In this document: piece by piece, positions 49,800 through 60,409 of the stretch
Layout: every line of letters starts with the position of its first letter
Position numbering within the stretch: the stretch's first letter is position 1
Assembly (NCBI GenBank): GCA_028534125.1
Contig: CM052818.1
Location: forward strand, 22,942,001 to 23,006,000
Direction of reading: 5' to 3'
DNA: 64,000 nt
Origin: Lama glama
Lineage: Eukaryota
The notes under the pieces: generated by a model
What the model saw: only the letters and a program-made list of their open reading frames with translations
What the model was told of the DNA's origin: nothing
The model's database searches: none
Position numbers and translations under genes: made by a program

Positions 49800-49832
49800 C
49801 TTGGCTGTTTTTTTCACGGGTTGACATTTTTG
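49800..49832 (-). CDS. EML4: EML4 alternative cassette exon 6b (33 nt, frame-preserving)
   Basis: cag|CAAAAATGTCAACCCGTGAAAAAAACAGCCAAG|gtaaga; phase 1-1, encodes AKMSTREKNSQ, matching the recalled 11-aa insert of EML4-ALK variant 3b. Confidence 0.9.
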
Positions 49833-50016
49833 CTGGTTGAGATAAAAATGACATGTCTTACAATAAAAACTGGGTATTTTCTTTAATGACTATAAATAAA
49901 GTGAGCTAATAAATAAAGTATACTGAATGAAAATAAGTCAATATTCTTATCAATAGCAAAAATTTAACTGATGTGGAAAAGCAGTAAGTAGTTTTTAAAA
50001 AGGATTTTTAATTTAC

Positions 50017-50042
50017 CTTGGTTGATGATGACATCTTTATGC
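50017..50042 (-). CDS. EML4: EML4 exon 6 (26 nt)
   Basis: tag|GCATAAAGATGTCATCATCAACCAAG|gtaaat; (K)HKDVIINQ. Confidence 0.95.
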
Positions 50043-50291
50043 CTACAAAAGGAATTCAAAGATATTTATTTTATAATTTTATTTGGCTGACCATTATAAT
50101 TACCAGAAGAACCTCCACTAAATAAATCAATCTGATTACCGACCCCCCCAAAAAAAAAGAAAAAAGGAAAAAGATATAAATCATAATATAGATTTTTTTA
50201 AAATGATCAAACCAGGTATATAATTCTACATGCAAACATGACATCACAGAATTAATAACTTTTATATGAAATTGAGAAGTATAATACTTAC

Positions 50292-50420
50292 TTGTCTGTA
50301 TTTTTTATAACTTTTGATATTAATTTTGATGTTGAAACTGCCCTCAATAATTTATTACGGCTATCATCTGAATTTTCCCATGAATTATGTGACTTTTCAG
50401 CTGTTGGTGGTCGTTTAATG
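50292..50420 (-). CDS. EML4: EML4 exon 5 (129 nt)
   Basis: cag|CATTAA...ACAA|gtaagt; IKRPPTAEKSHNSWENSDDSRNKLLRAVSTSKLISKVIKNTD(K). Confidence 0.95.
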
Positions 50421-52285
50421 CTGAAAGAAATATATTAATTTCTTAGAGAAAAATTCTATGAGTAGCAATGACATGTAATTGACAGTTTAAATAGAACATA
50501 AAAGCAGTAATTAACATTTTCTTACAGCTAATCCAGAAAAGAGAAGAAAGGATTAGTTGAGAGGTTCTGTCCCTGGATGAGTGAAGGAGTTAAACAAGGC
50601 AATTACCAAGTCTGTTTTAAAATTTTCACTATTATTCAGAAGATTCACTAGAAAAAATATTTTGTACCTGATTAAAAAAAAAACCCAGATTTGCTTAAAT
50701 ATGAGTAATTAATAGCTCTCATAATTTGTAAAGTTTGTGTGAATTTGGGAAAAAACTGTACTCTTTCAAAGTCATTACAAGACTATTTTCATTTTTTATG
50801 TCCTCATGTAATTAAATTATATGTGGTTCAAATGGCAATTTCTAAATAAATGGTAGGACTAAAAGTAAGAATCTTGCTTCTATCATTTAGAAGCAATTTT
50901 ACACACGATTAGAAATAAACAGGATTTAACAAAAGAAAGCTCTATTATCAATACTGATTCCATATATTTGTAACTTAAAATTTTTTATTAATAAGCAATT
51001 TTTTTGGCTGCACTGCTAACTATCCTACAACTCATCCAGTCTTCAATATTTCTTGTAATAGTACATCCAAAGAGCAATTTAGAATGGCAAGCACATTTCC
51101 AGGAGACCTTAAGAAGCTGAAAAAAAGATCCGGACAAAGATGCCAAGGCAACTCAGAACCTTAAAGAGACTGATTATTAAAAAAGCCACCTTTAACCACA
51201 CACAATCCAAAGTTACATAATATTAATAAGCTGTATTCAAGAAAACCTCCACATGAGACCAGGCAGAAGAATTACAAACCATTTAGATAGCATAAGAATC
51301 TGCATGAGACACACAAAGCATTTTAAAAATGTTAAACATGCATCTATCAAGTGAAGGGTGCTTTGTTTTTCCAAATTTCCATTAGAGATTTGAGGCAAAA
51401 TACTAAATGAATCAAATAAAAATACATTATAACTCTTTTAGGGACGATTGTCACTTATTTTTATTAAAATTCTAGCCAGTTCTGGGAATGGTTTAGTATT
51501 TTCCTAAGATTTCAAAGCAGAAGTGTGATGATAAAATATACCTATACCTAACCATAAAGCTTGAGTCAACATCTGTAATGCAGGCAAATTTCATTAAGTT
51601 GGTCTAAATATTTGATTACAACGCAGCTGTGGTGTTGAACTCCCAGCATGCAGGTTTAGATCCCCAATTTAGGCTCACACACATTGTTAGAATGTTTCTC
51701 CCTTCTCCCCCTCTCATAACTTTAAAATATTAATTATTATAGACACAGAGAGAAGCCCTCAAGCAAGCCTGTAGCATAGAAAAGATTAGGTGAAGTGGAT
51801 TCAATTCTCTACTCAAGCAAGAACTTATCCTCCCAAAGCCCAAAACTGAAACTGAGATGCAGTCACAATGAAGAGCCATGTGTTGAGAAGGGCCCTTGCA
51901 AAACTGAAGGTTGTAATGATGCCAAAATATGGTGAGGATAATTACATATGGCAGTTTTCTATCCACGGCTATAAATTTATGCATAGTTATATGCACATGT
52001 TAAAATACACTATTACTATAAAATATTATTTTGAATAGGTTACTTTTGCCTTCCTTTCATCAGACTGCTTATAACTTTATTTTTCTATCCATTTTTAACT
52101 GAGAAATTTTGACAAATTTTCCTTCTCCAATTTGGTAAAATACAAATTACAGCAACAGAGAAAGGGGAGGGGAACCACCAAGCTTTTTCTCTTGAAATCC
52201 ATGGATAGTTAACTTTTTCTCAAGTCACAGAATTCAGGTATCATTACAACCATTCCCTAGCTCTGTACTCGGGGTCAGTTAAAAC

Positions 52286-52459
52286 CTTTTGGTGGGAGTA
52301 GAATTCTTGCTTTCTTGAGTTTGTCTGTGTATTTGGAGAGGCTGTGAAGAGGGCTGGGGAGAAGGTGATGCTCGAATTTGTGGACTTTGATCATTAGAGT
52401 GAGATTCCTCTTTTTTTTCTCTCTGTCCTTGTGGTTTTTCTTTCTTTTTTTCTGTACCA
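52286..52459 (-). CDS. EML4: EML4 exon 4 (174 nt, symmetric phase 2-2)
   Basis: cag|TGGTAC...AAAG|gtttta; GTEKKKEKPQGQREKKEESHSNDQSPQIRASPSPQPSSQPLQIHRQTQESKNSTPTK(S). Confidence 0.95.
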
Positions 52460-52749
52460 CTGTAAAATAAAGTATAACATGGAACAACACATATTTAAAC
52501 AAATAAAAAAAGTATATATATATATCAAACGATGGGAAAAGTTACTATAAATCAAAATCCTAAGCCATACAGCTAACACAATTTATAATGCTTTCATTCA
52601 ATAATGAAAATTTTCTTTAAAAATTCTGGAAGCTATTAAAATCTTCAGTAAATTTACTATATTTCTAAGGCAATATATCCTATGAAGATCGCCCCTTTAG
52701 AGCAAAATGACCTCTAATGCATTTTGTCATCTTGGCAGATTTTGGGAGA

Positions 52750-53528
52750 CAATAGAAGCTTTCTTAACTGACTTCAGTGTTTCCAAATCAGAGCATGAGT
52801 GACACTTTCCATCACCTCCGTAAAGCACACTGACGCCCAAGGCACACTAAATGCTCATGCTTCGTAGGTTATTCTCCAATTTCTGTTTCTTCAGTGTACT
52901 TCTGTTCCCATCAGTTTAGTTTTAAACTTACCAAGAGTCAACTGTGTTTCCCCCACCCCAGACTGTTTGTTAGTTGTACTTGTTATTTTAATTATGTAAA
53001 TTAATAAAATACAAAGAAAACTAGTAAGATATACATAGGAAAGAGAACTGTAATTTCCATGTAAACTAAGTTAAATGCTCTAGAAAGACTCCATGAAAAC
53101 GAGTTACTAAAAAAACTGCTGTTAAGTTAAAAAACTGCTGTCAAACTTTGTGTAGGTGAAACAGTTATAAAACACTGAGGAAAAAATCATAGAAAAAGAG
53201 ATGGGCTCTAATTCATATTGCTTTGCAAGAGTTTTAATTTTCTTACTCTGTTTTAAAAAATGAAACTAAAAATTACCAAAAAAAAGATTTATGGGTGTAT
53301 TTTATGCAAAACAGTCAACAAGGAAGCTAATCAGAGATGCATGTTTAGAAATAAAGGGGGGGGGAGGCTCAGCCTTTCATTAAAAAATTCACAAATGAAT
53401 ATATGTGAGTATATTTTAAGTTAAAATATTTAAGATATTTATATACAAATTTATGACTCCATACTTTGGCTCCTGATTAATGAAGCATGTGCCATTCCTG
53501 ATCACACTGGGTAAGAGTCCTTACACTG
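52750..53528 (+). mobile_element. Tigger (TcMar) DNA transposon relic with decayed CENP-B-type HTH remnant
   Basis: Degenerate TIRs caatagaagctttcttaac / ggtaagagtccttacactg; about 53040-53180 reads KRTVISM*TKLNALERL...KTAVKLCVGETVIK across frameshifts. Confidence 0.6.
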
Positions 53529-55251
53529 TATACTTTTGACAGTAGCACAAAGCAGATGGAATCGATAATTCCAGAACTAAAAAGGTATAAACCTATCAAT
53601 TACCTGAACTTCTTAATCAAAGGACATTTTGTAATTTGCCTCTAAGGTACATAATCTACAAAGAAGGTATGTTTAAGAACATTTTAAACAAACATACATA
53701 GTACATACAATTTAATCTAATCATTTACAATAGTTAATAATGTTAAAATATAATTTTGACAGTGACATTTCTTAATCTGATTCATTTCTGATACCATCTG
53801 ACTTCAGACTGGTCTTTACTGTCTTGTTCACGTTCAATTTTTTTATCTGCTGAGAAATACAATTCTACCTCAAAAATAGCAGATTAACTGAAATTTAAAA
53901 CTGAATTAGGAATTCTTTCTTTCTTGTCAGGCTGCAAACTATCCTAAATGCATATCATTAGGCCTCTATTCTTAAGTGGGCCTAGAAGAATCTAAAAGAG
54001 ATCTTTCTTTTGGGATATTCAAAAGAAAATTACAAAGCCCCTGTATCATAAAGTAACAAACTCATCTGGTTTTAGATTGCTTAATCACTACTGGACATAA
54101 TACTGATCACTGCACATAACTATAGCTACATAAGAAAATGGGCTGAATGCAAATTATTACTGGACACAACAAGGAAGTTTATTAAAAACTGTATTAAAAA
54201 TTTCCACTACACATTTGTCTTCTCATAATTTGTCTTTTTCTCCTGAAATTGGAGCACAGGTAACACATTTTGGCATACTTCGGAGGAGACAGTCTAGATT
54301 CTGTAATGCCAATGACTTTAATGACTGAATTCTAGAAGGGACTTTTAAAAGGCCTAAAGATCATGTTATTTCTTCACCATTCCTGTAGTCAAATGTCTGG
54401 TTAATATCTGTAAACACACACTGATGAATAATTTAGTCACGGGCATTGGTTTATTGAGGCAACCACTTTCTATCAGCACATTTTAAATATTATTCTAGTA
54501 CTTAAAGTCTTTGTTCTTTGAAGAAAACAGTTGTAAGATTACGTAGTTGATCTCTTATGGTTTCTCCAAACCCTATATGGAACAGTTTGCTAGGAATTAC
54601 ACGACGGCAGAAAAATCTTGTATGCGATTTTACTGAAATAGATTAAATTAATTAATTGATGAAAAGAACATATAGAATTTAAATGTGTAATCCACTGAAA
54701 GTTTTATATTACAGTATTTCCACTGCCCTCCTGCCCACCATCCTCTTACAGATACACAACATAGCACAGTACTGTAATATTTTAAATTAAGCCTCAATTT
54801 TATAGTCATGGTTAAAGAATAAACGTTATAATAGTGTTTAATCCCCCACTAATATAGATTTATATCAAGGATTCTATTTCTCCTTTAAAAATGTTGTTAT
54901 CAAATGTATCACTTACTATGGAAAATTCACTTATGTAATTCCATTAAATATAGTGATGCTTATATCATCAACAAATGATTAAAAAGAAATAATTAAAAAG
55001 AAACAAAACAAAACCAGGAAATAAAACTGCCTGCTTTCTTTAGTAAGAACCAAAAGCTTCCTCACACAACTCCGCAGGTGTGATGAATATAAACTTGGCA
55101 AGTACAGGCTGGATATCTCTACAGAGGCAAAGAATTCAAAGGACATGCTCACTTGAATTCCATACAGCTCTATTTCATATTCTTTTCAAAAGTAGACTGA
55201 GTTATCACATTAAAAAAATTCTGCAATGTTAGCTTTTTTAATAAATGGTAC

Positions 55252-55381
55252 CTTTTAGCAGCAGATGAAAGAGTTTCTTTTCTTGCAATTGAGACAGAGC
55301 TGGTGTGACTTGGTTTTCTGCTTGCACCACTCCCATTCGTTATACAGGACATGGAAATAGCTTCTCGAAGGCCTGGCTGGC
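55252..55381 (-). CDS. EML4: EML4 exon 3 (130 nt)
   Basis: tag|GCCAGC...AAAG|gtacca; (G)QPGLREAISMSCITNGSGASRKPSHTSSVSIARKETLSSAAK(S). Confidence 0.95.
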
Positions 55382-55484
55382 CTAGAGATGGTTAAGAAAA
55401 AACTTTTTACATTATATTTCAAATATTTCTCAAAGATTGGAGCTTAAAAATTTAAGTCTATTTGTGTTTAAAACTAGTAAGCAG

Positions 55485-55613
55485 GGGGGAGGGTATAGCT
55501 CAAGTGGTAGAGCACATGCTTAGCATGCATGAGGTCCTGGGTTAAATCCCTAGTACTCTGTCTAAACACAAATAAATGAATAAACCTAATAACCTTCCCC
55601 TCCCACAAAAAAC
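55485..55613 (+). mobile_element. tRNA-derived SINE (Vic-1-like) with 12-bp TSD, about 100 nt from the exon 3 acceptor
   Basis: gggggagggtatagctcaagtggtagagcacatgcttagcatgcatgaggtcctgggttaaatccc; TSD actagtaagcag at 55473-55484 and 55614-55625. Confidence 0.9.
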
Positions 55614-56550
55614 ACTAGTAAGCAGATTGTTCCCCCTGTATGCAGCATACAATATTATTGTCTGAAGATTTAATCTCATCAAAATAGACCTATAGAAAAG
55701 CCATGCTAAGTTGCTAAATTGCAGCTAGACTCATTCTCTAGCTAAATGGTTTGCTCTTCATATACAGTAGCTTTAAAATACATGTTTCAAAGTTGTGCTT
55801 CAAGAAAACCACAAATCCTCACATATCAATTTTCAGAAATAGCTCAGGTTCTGTTGAAATTAAAAATTCTAGAAATCATAAAAGCTGAATCTTAGAATGT
55901 TGTTCCCTATAAATAAAGCATAAGTATATACAGTAACCTCTGTTATCTTAATGTATACAGTAGGAGGACTGAAATAAATGTGTGATAGTATGCTGGTATG
56001 GTCAGGAAGACTCAGATCACAAGATCAAACAGCCATATCTACTAAGGGGCAAGTTTATTTAAAAATTTGGGAATAGAGAATAGTTTTTAATTTTTGGACT
56101 CAAGTCTTCTCACATACACACAAGAAAATCTAACTTTTATATTTGGCCAATCTCATGTTTCTTTGTTCTCTTCATAAAAGCACAGAAAGCAAAAACTTTT
56201 ATACATAAAGCCTAAATAGCTGGCACCCTAGAATGTTACAAACATGATGGTAGAACACTACATGTTTTGACAGCAATAGCTCTTGGGGCCACTTGTGCTA
56301 TAAAGTGTTTCCTTAATACAGAGATTACTAGACCCTGCCTCAGACAGAACGAATCAGAAGAGAGGAAGGAAGAGACCTACTATATTTATTTTTCAAACTT
56401 CCTAGAAAATTTTTCACATATAATATAGTACAATAACCCCCACATTATGCTAATGTCACTGGTCATCAGATCTAGTAGTACTCTACCAAACAGGTGACTT
56501 CTTGTTATACTGACAACTTTTTCTTTTTATTGTGGTAAAATACTCACAAT

Positions 56551-56752
56551 TAGTGGCTGGGTGAAGAGGGGAGGAACAAATGGATAGAGTTTCAGTTTGG
56601 GAATACGAAAGAGTTCTAGAAATGGATGGTAGTGATGGTTGCATAACAATGTGAATGTATTTAATGCCACTGAACTGTACACCTAAAAATGGTTAAAGTA
56701 GTAAATTTTACATTATATATATTTTACCACTATAAAATATGTCAAAAAAAGA
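56551..56752 (+). mobile_element. L1 3' end fragment (L1MB-like)
   Basis: gagtttcagtttggga...gttctagaaatggatggtagtgatggttgcataacaatgtgaatgtatttaatgccactgaactgtacac. Confidence 0.8.
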
Positions 56753-56799
56753 AATCAACACATCACTGTTATCTAAGTCCTCTGTTGCTTCTATAATTC

Positions 56800-57870
56800 T
56801 TTAAAAAAAATTTTCCCCAGTTTTGCTGAGATAAAACACACAATAAGTTGCACATAAAGTGTACAATTTACTTTTTCTGACATATATATATGACATACAT
56901 ATGTATTCTGACATACTTACATGACATACATGTAAGTTTTGACACATATATAATACGTGTGAAACAATCACCACAATCAAGATAGTAAATATGGCCATCA
57001 TTCTCTAAAGTTTCCTTGTGTCCCTCATAATCCATCTCTCCCTCTTTCACTCTCTGGGCAATCACTCATCTACTTCCTAGCACTATAGATTAGTTTGCAT
57101 ATTCTAGAATTTTATAAAAGTGGAATTATAGAGTATATATCTTTTTTGCTTGCCTTTCAAAATTCAGCATAATTATTTTGAGATTCATCTGAGTTGGTAA
57201 GTGTATCAACAGATTATTCTTTTTTGTAACCCAATACTATTCCATTATATGGATATACCACAATGTTTTAATTCATTTACTTATTTACCTGTTGACATCT
57301 AGGTTGTTTCCAGTTTTCTGTTATAAATAAAACTATGATGAACCTAAGTATACAAGTCTTTGAGTGAACATATGCTTTCATTTTTCAAAGGTAAATACCT
57401 AGATTGGGTGGTAGGTGAATACTTAACGTTTTCAGAAAGTGCTAAGTTGTTTTCCAAAGTGGTTATACCATTTAAATTCCTAACATTTATACAGAGTTTG
57501 CGTGGCTCCACATCCCTGCAAATACTTGGAATGACCAAACTTTTAAATTTTAGCCATCCTGGTGAGCACATAGTGGTATCTCATTGTGGTTTTAATTTGC
57601 ATTACCTTAATTCTAAATGTGTTAAATATCTTTTCATGTACTTACTTGACATCCATATGTATCTTTTTTGGTGAAGTGTCTATTCAAATCTTTTGCCTAT
57701 TTTTAAAATAGTCTGTCTTCTTAATAACTGAGTTGTAAGTGTATTTTATATATTCTAGTTAAAGTTTTTTGACATTTGTATTTTGTATTTTCTTTTATTG
57801 TATTTGTACTTTCTTTTAGAAGTTTTCTGGTTTAAGCCCTTACACTGAAGTCTATGATCCACTTTGACTT
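56800..57870 (-). mobile_element. L1 ORF2 end and 3'UTR fragment (L1M-type)
   Basis: gtggtatctcattgtggttttaatttgcatt, ttccattatatggatataccaca, gtgaagtgtctattcaaatcttttgcc. Confidence 0.85.
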
Positions 57871-58120
57871 AAACCACTTACTATAATCTGTAACTGTATC
57901 TGCAAACCTTACTTGTTTTGTGATTCTTGTATGTATCCCTATGCTTAGCACATAGAAAGCACTTAATTTCTAAATGACTAAATGAATGCACCTTCACTAC
58001 TGTTGCCTCAAATTCCTCTTCTGGACTATGTTCAGTTTATCTCTATTCTCTCTTCTTGCAGTATTACCTTGCTTTTAAAGCATTCTGTACACTGTGCCAG
58101 AATACCTTTCTAAAACACGC

Positions 58121-58300
58121 TGTGTATCTTTGAATTTAATACGCCATCAATTGTAATATACACCATTATCTTGAACAGCACTAGAAAGAAGTGTTGCCTA
58201 TGAGAACTGTTAAGACACAATCAGTTGTAAAATGCAATGCAATTCCAGAGATGTTAAAATGCAAGAAACACAGGCATCTTAGAATTAATGGGTTAATGTA
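58121..58300. mobile_element. MER104-like (TcMar-Tc2) MITE nested in an L2 relic
   Basis: acgccatcaattgtaa...cagagatgttaaaatg...gcatcttagaattaatg. Confidence 0.5.
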
Positions 58301-59699
58301 AATCTACCTGTCACTCTCCAATTTTAAATCCTTTAATGGCTCTACGGCGCCTTCAGGATAAAAACTAAATTCCTTAGCAAGGTGTAAGAAAACCTTTCAC
58401 TATGGGCCCTATCTACCAGTTGAGGCTCATTTCTTGACACTCCCAGCTTCACATCTCACGCTTCAATTTATTATAAACTCTTAAACTAAGTAATTTTTAA
58501 CTCCTCTGCGCCTTGCACCTATATGATCCTTCTCTCTGGCAAATGCTAATAACCTCTGCCTGCCTAAATTAACATATTCATCATCCACCTACCCATCAAA
58601 TATTTACTCAGGGTCTGTTATGATCCTAGCCTGTGTTTACAAGAGAGTACAAGGCAGCTACTAGCACCAAGGAATTAAAATCTTGCAAGAGAATCACACT
58701 AGAAATGAAAACATGTGGCTAAGTACAATAACAGTGATTATGAACAGAGTATAATAAAAGTACAAAGACACATAATTCTGTAAGGATGATTAGAGACACA
58801 GTTCAAGAAAGGCTTCCTAGAAAAAATACAGAACAAAGTCTTAAAGGATGAGTAAGAGATAGCCAGGTAAAAGGGAGGTGATAAGATATTGGGATCTTAT
58901 TCTAGCACGTGTGAAAAGAAAAAAAAAGGTAACAGCAAGGTGGTGTGCTTAAGTGTGTATGGCATGAGGACGGGATAGACAAAAAGATCTTTCTGTGGTG
59001 AGAATGCAGAACAAGAAAGAGCAGAGTTCAGATGGTAGAGGAAAGTCCAGATGGGAGAGGTACGCAAGAGTTAGATCATGGAGATCTTATATATAGGGAA
59101 CAGGACCACATTTACATTTAGAGAAAACCTAGTGGCTATGTGAAGAGCAGGTTTCAGAGCAGTAGTCTAAGCAGAGTTATGATGGGGACCTGAAACAAGA
59201 GCTAAGTCACATAAATGAAAAGAGGAGCAGGTTTAAGAAATATTTAGGTCTTAAAAGATGATTATTTCAGTTTGGGGACATTTTGCATTAATGAATTCTG
59301 AAAGACATACAAGCAGAACAATCTAGTAAGAAGACAGGTAATTCTTATGTGCTGAAGTCTAGAATATAGATTTACAATTTGGGGATTGGCACCAATAAGT
59401 GGATGTTAAGACCATGAAGATAGATGAATGCTGATGTCACCTCCTGCAAGGAAACTTCAATTCCAGTCTGAGTTAAGTGCACCCACTACACCCTAAATTT
59501 ACCTTTTTAATACCAATTATCATATGGTTGTAATTATTGAGTTATCTATCTTTTCACTTTACCTGAAGCCCTGCAGAGACAAAGTCAGTGTCTTTTATTT
59601 CTTTTACCTCCAGTACATAAAACAGTGCCTAGTACATTGAAAAGATGAAGGAAAGAGACAACTGTCAACATAGTAAGTAGTGTGGAGTAATATGAATTA

Positions 59700-59900
59700 C
59701 CAAGCACTTGCTAAGTGCTAAACATTGTTGTCCTAAGTACTTTATAATTATTATGTCCTCCAATCTTCACTATAATCCTAAAAGGGATTTACCATTATCC
59801 CAGTTTTGCTGACGAAAAAACTAAAGCTTAGAGAGATTATTAATGCGCTCAAGGTTATATTGTAGCAGGCAGTGAAATCAGGATTTGAGTCCAGGCAGAA
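59700..59900 (-). mobile_element. MIR SINE
   Basis: attatcccagttttgctgacgaaaaaactaaagcttagaga...caggatttgagtccaggcag. Confidence 0.6.
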
Positions 59901-60366
59901 GGAATGGTAAGTAAATGGAAGGAAATAATTCTGCCTTGTGGGGAATGACACTTTGAGCTATGCCAGGATAGCAGGTGGGAAATCATCAGATAGAGGAGGG
60001 GAAAAGGAAATTCTAAGCAGAGAATAGTACTAATTATGACAGTCCCTAGATCCTTATACAAAGAGCAAGAAAAGACCAAAAGAAGATTTTCATGGTCACT
60101 TTCAATCCTACCATTAAATTTGAGGTAACTCTCAGTACTGGGAACCCTTAGTATTTGAATAAAAGAGTGACTGACCTCCCAAAGTAGAAGCAATGAGTTA
60201 AGTAAAGCAGACAAACAAAAAGGAACTGTTTGTTTTTCAGCTGAAAAGTCTAAAGTATATTCTTGAAATTTAGAATATTAGGAACCTAAGTGGAAGAAAG
60301 GAGCACAAAAATGATTACTGCAGTTACACAAATTTATATCTAGAATGTATCATTAGCAGTCTTTCT

Positions 60367-60367
<1 letters not shown>

Positions 60368-60406
<39 letters not shown>
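60368..60406. repeat. (CA)19 perfect microsatellite
   Basis: Uninterrupted CA run. Confidence 0.95.

Positions 60407-60409
<3 letters not shown>

Larger units (their letters stand above)
880..55381 (-). other. EML4: EML4 gene body, partial (exons 3-21 plus alternative exon 6b)
   Basis: 19 exons with AG/GT boundaries sum to 2133 nt and join in one open frame; HELP motif (PPEKLKLEWAYGYRGKDCR) and WD40 repeats; exon sizes 130,174,129,26,124,150,70,111,96,135,136,152,126,132,68,89,98,88,99 agree with recalled human EML4 structure. Confidence 0.98.

Noticed and set aside
55485..55560. Functional tRNA-Ala gene (also the other four similar copies)
   Set aside because: A/B boxes are present, but A-rich tails, TSDs on three copies and copy-specific substitutions identify SINEs
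56878..56955. TGACATA-rich repeated units resembling a structured array
   Set aside because: Irregular spacing, AT-rich and embedded in an L1 3'UTR; slippage-type low complexity
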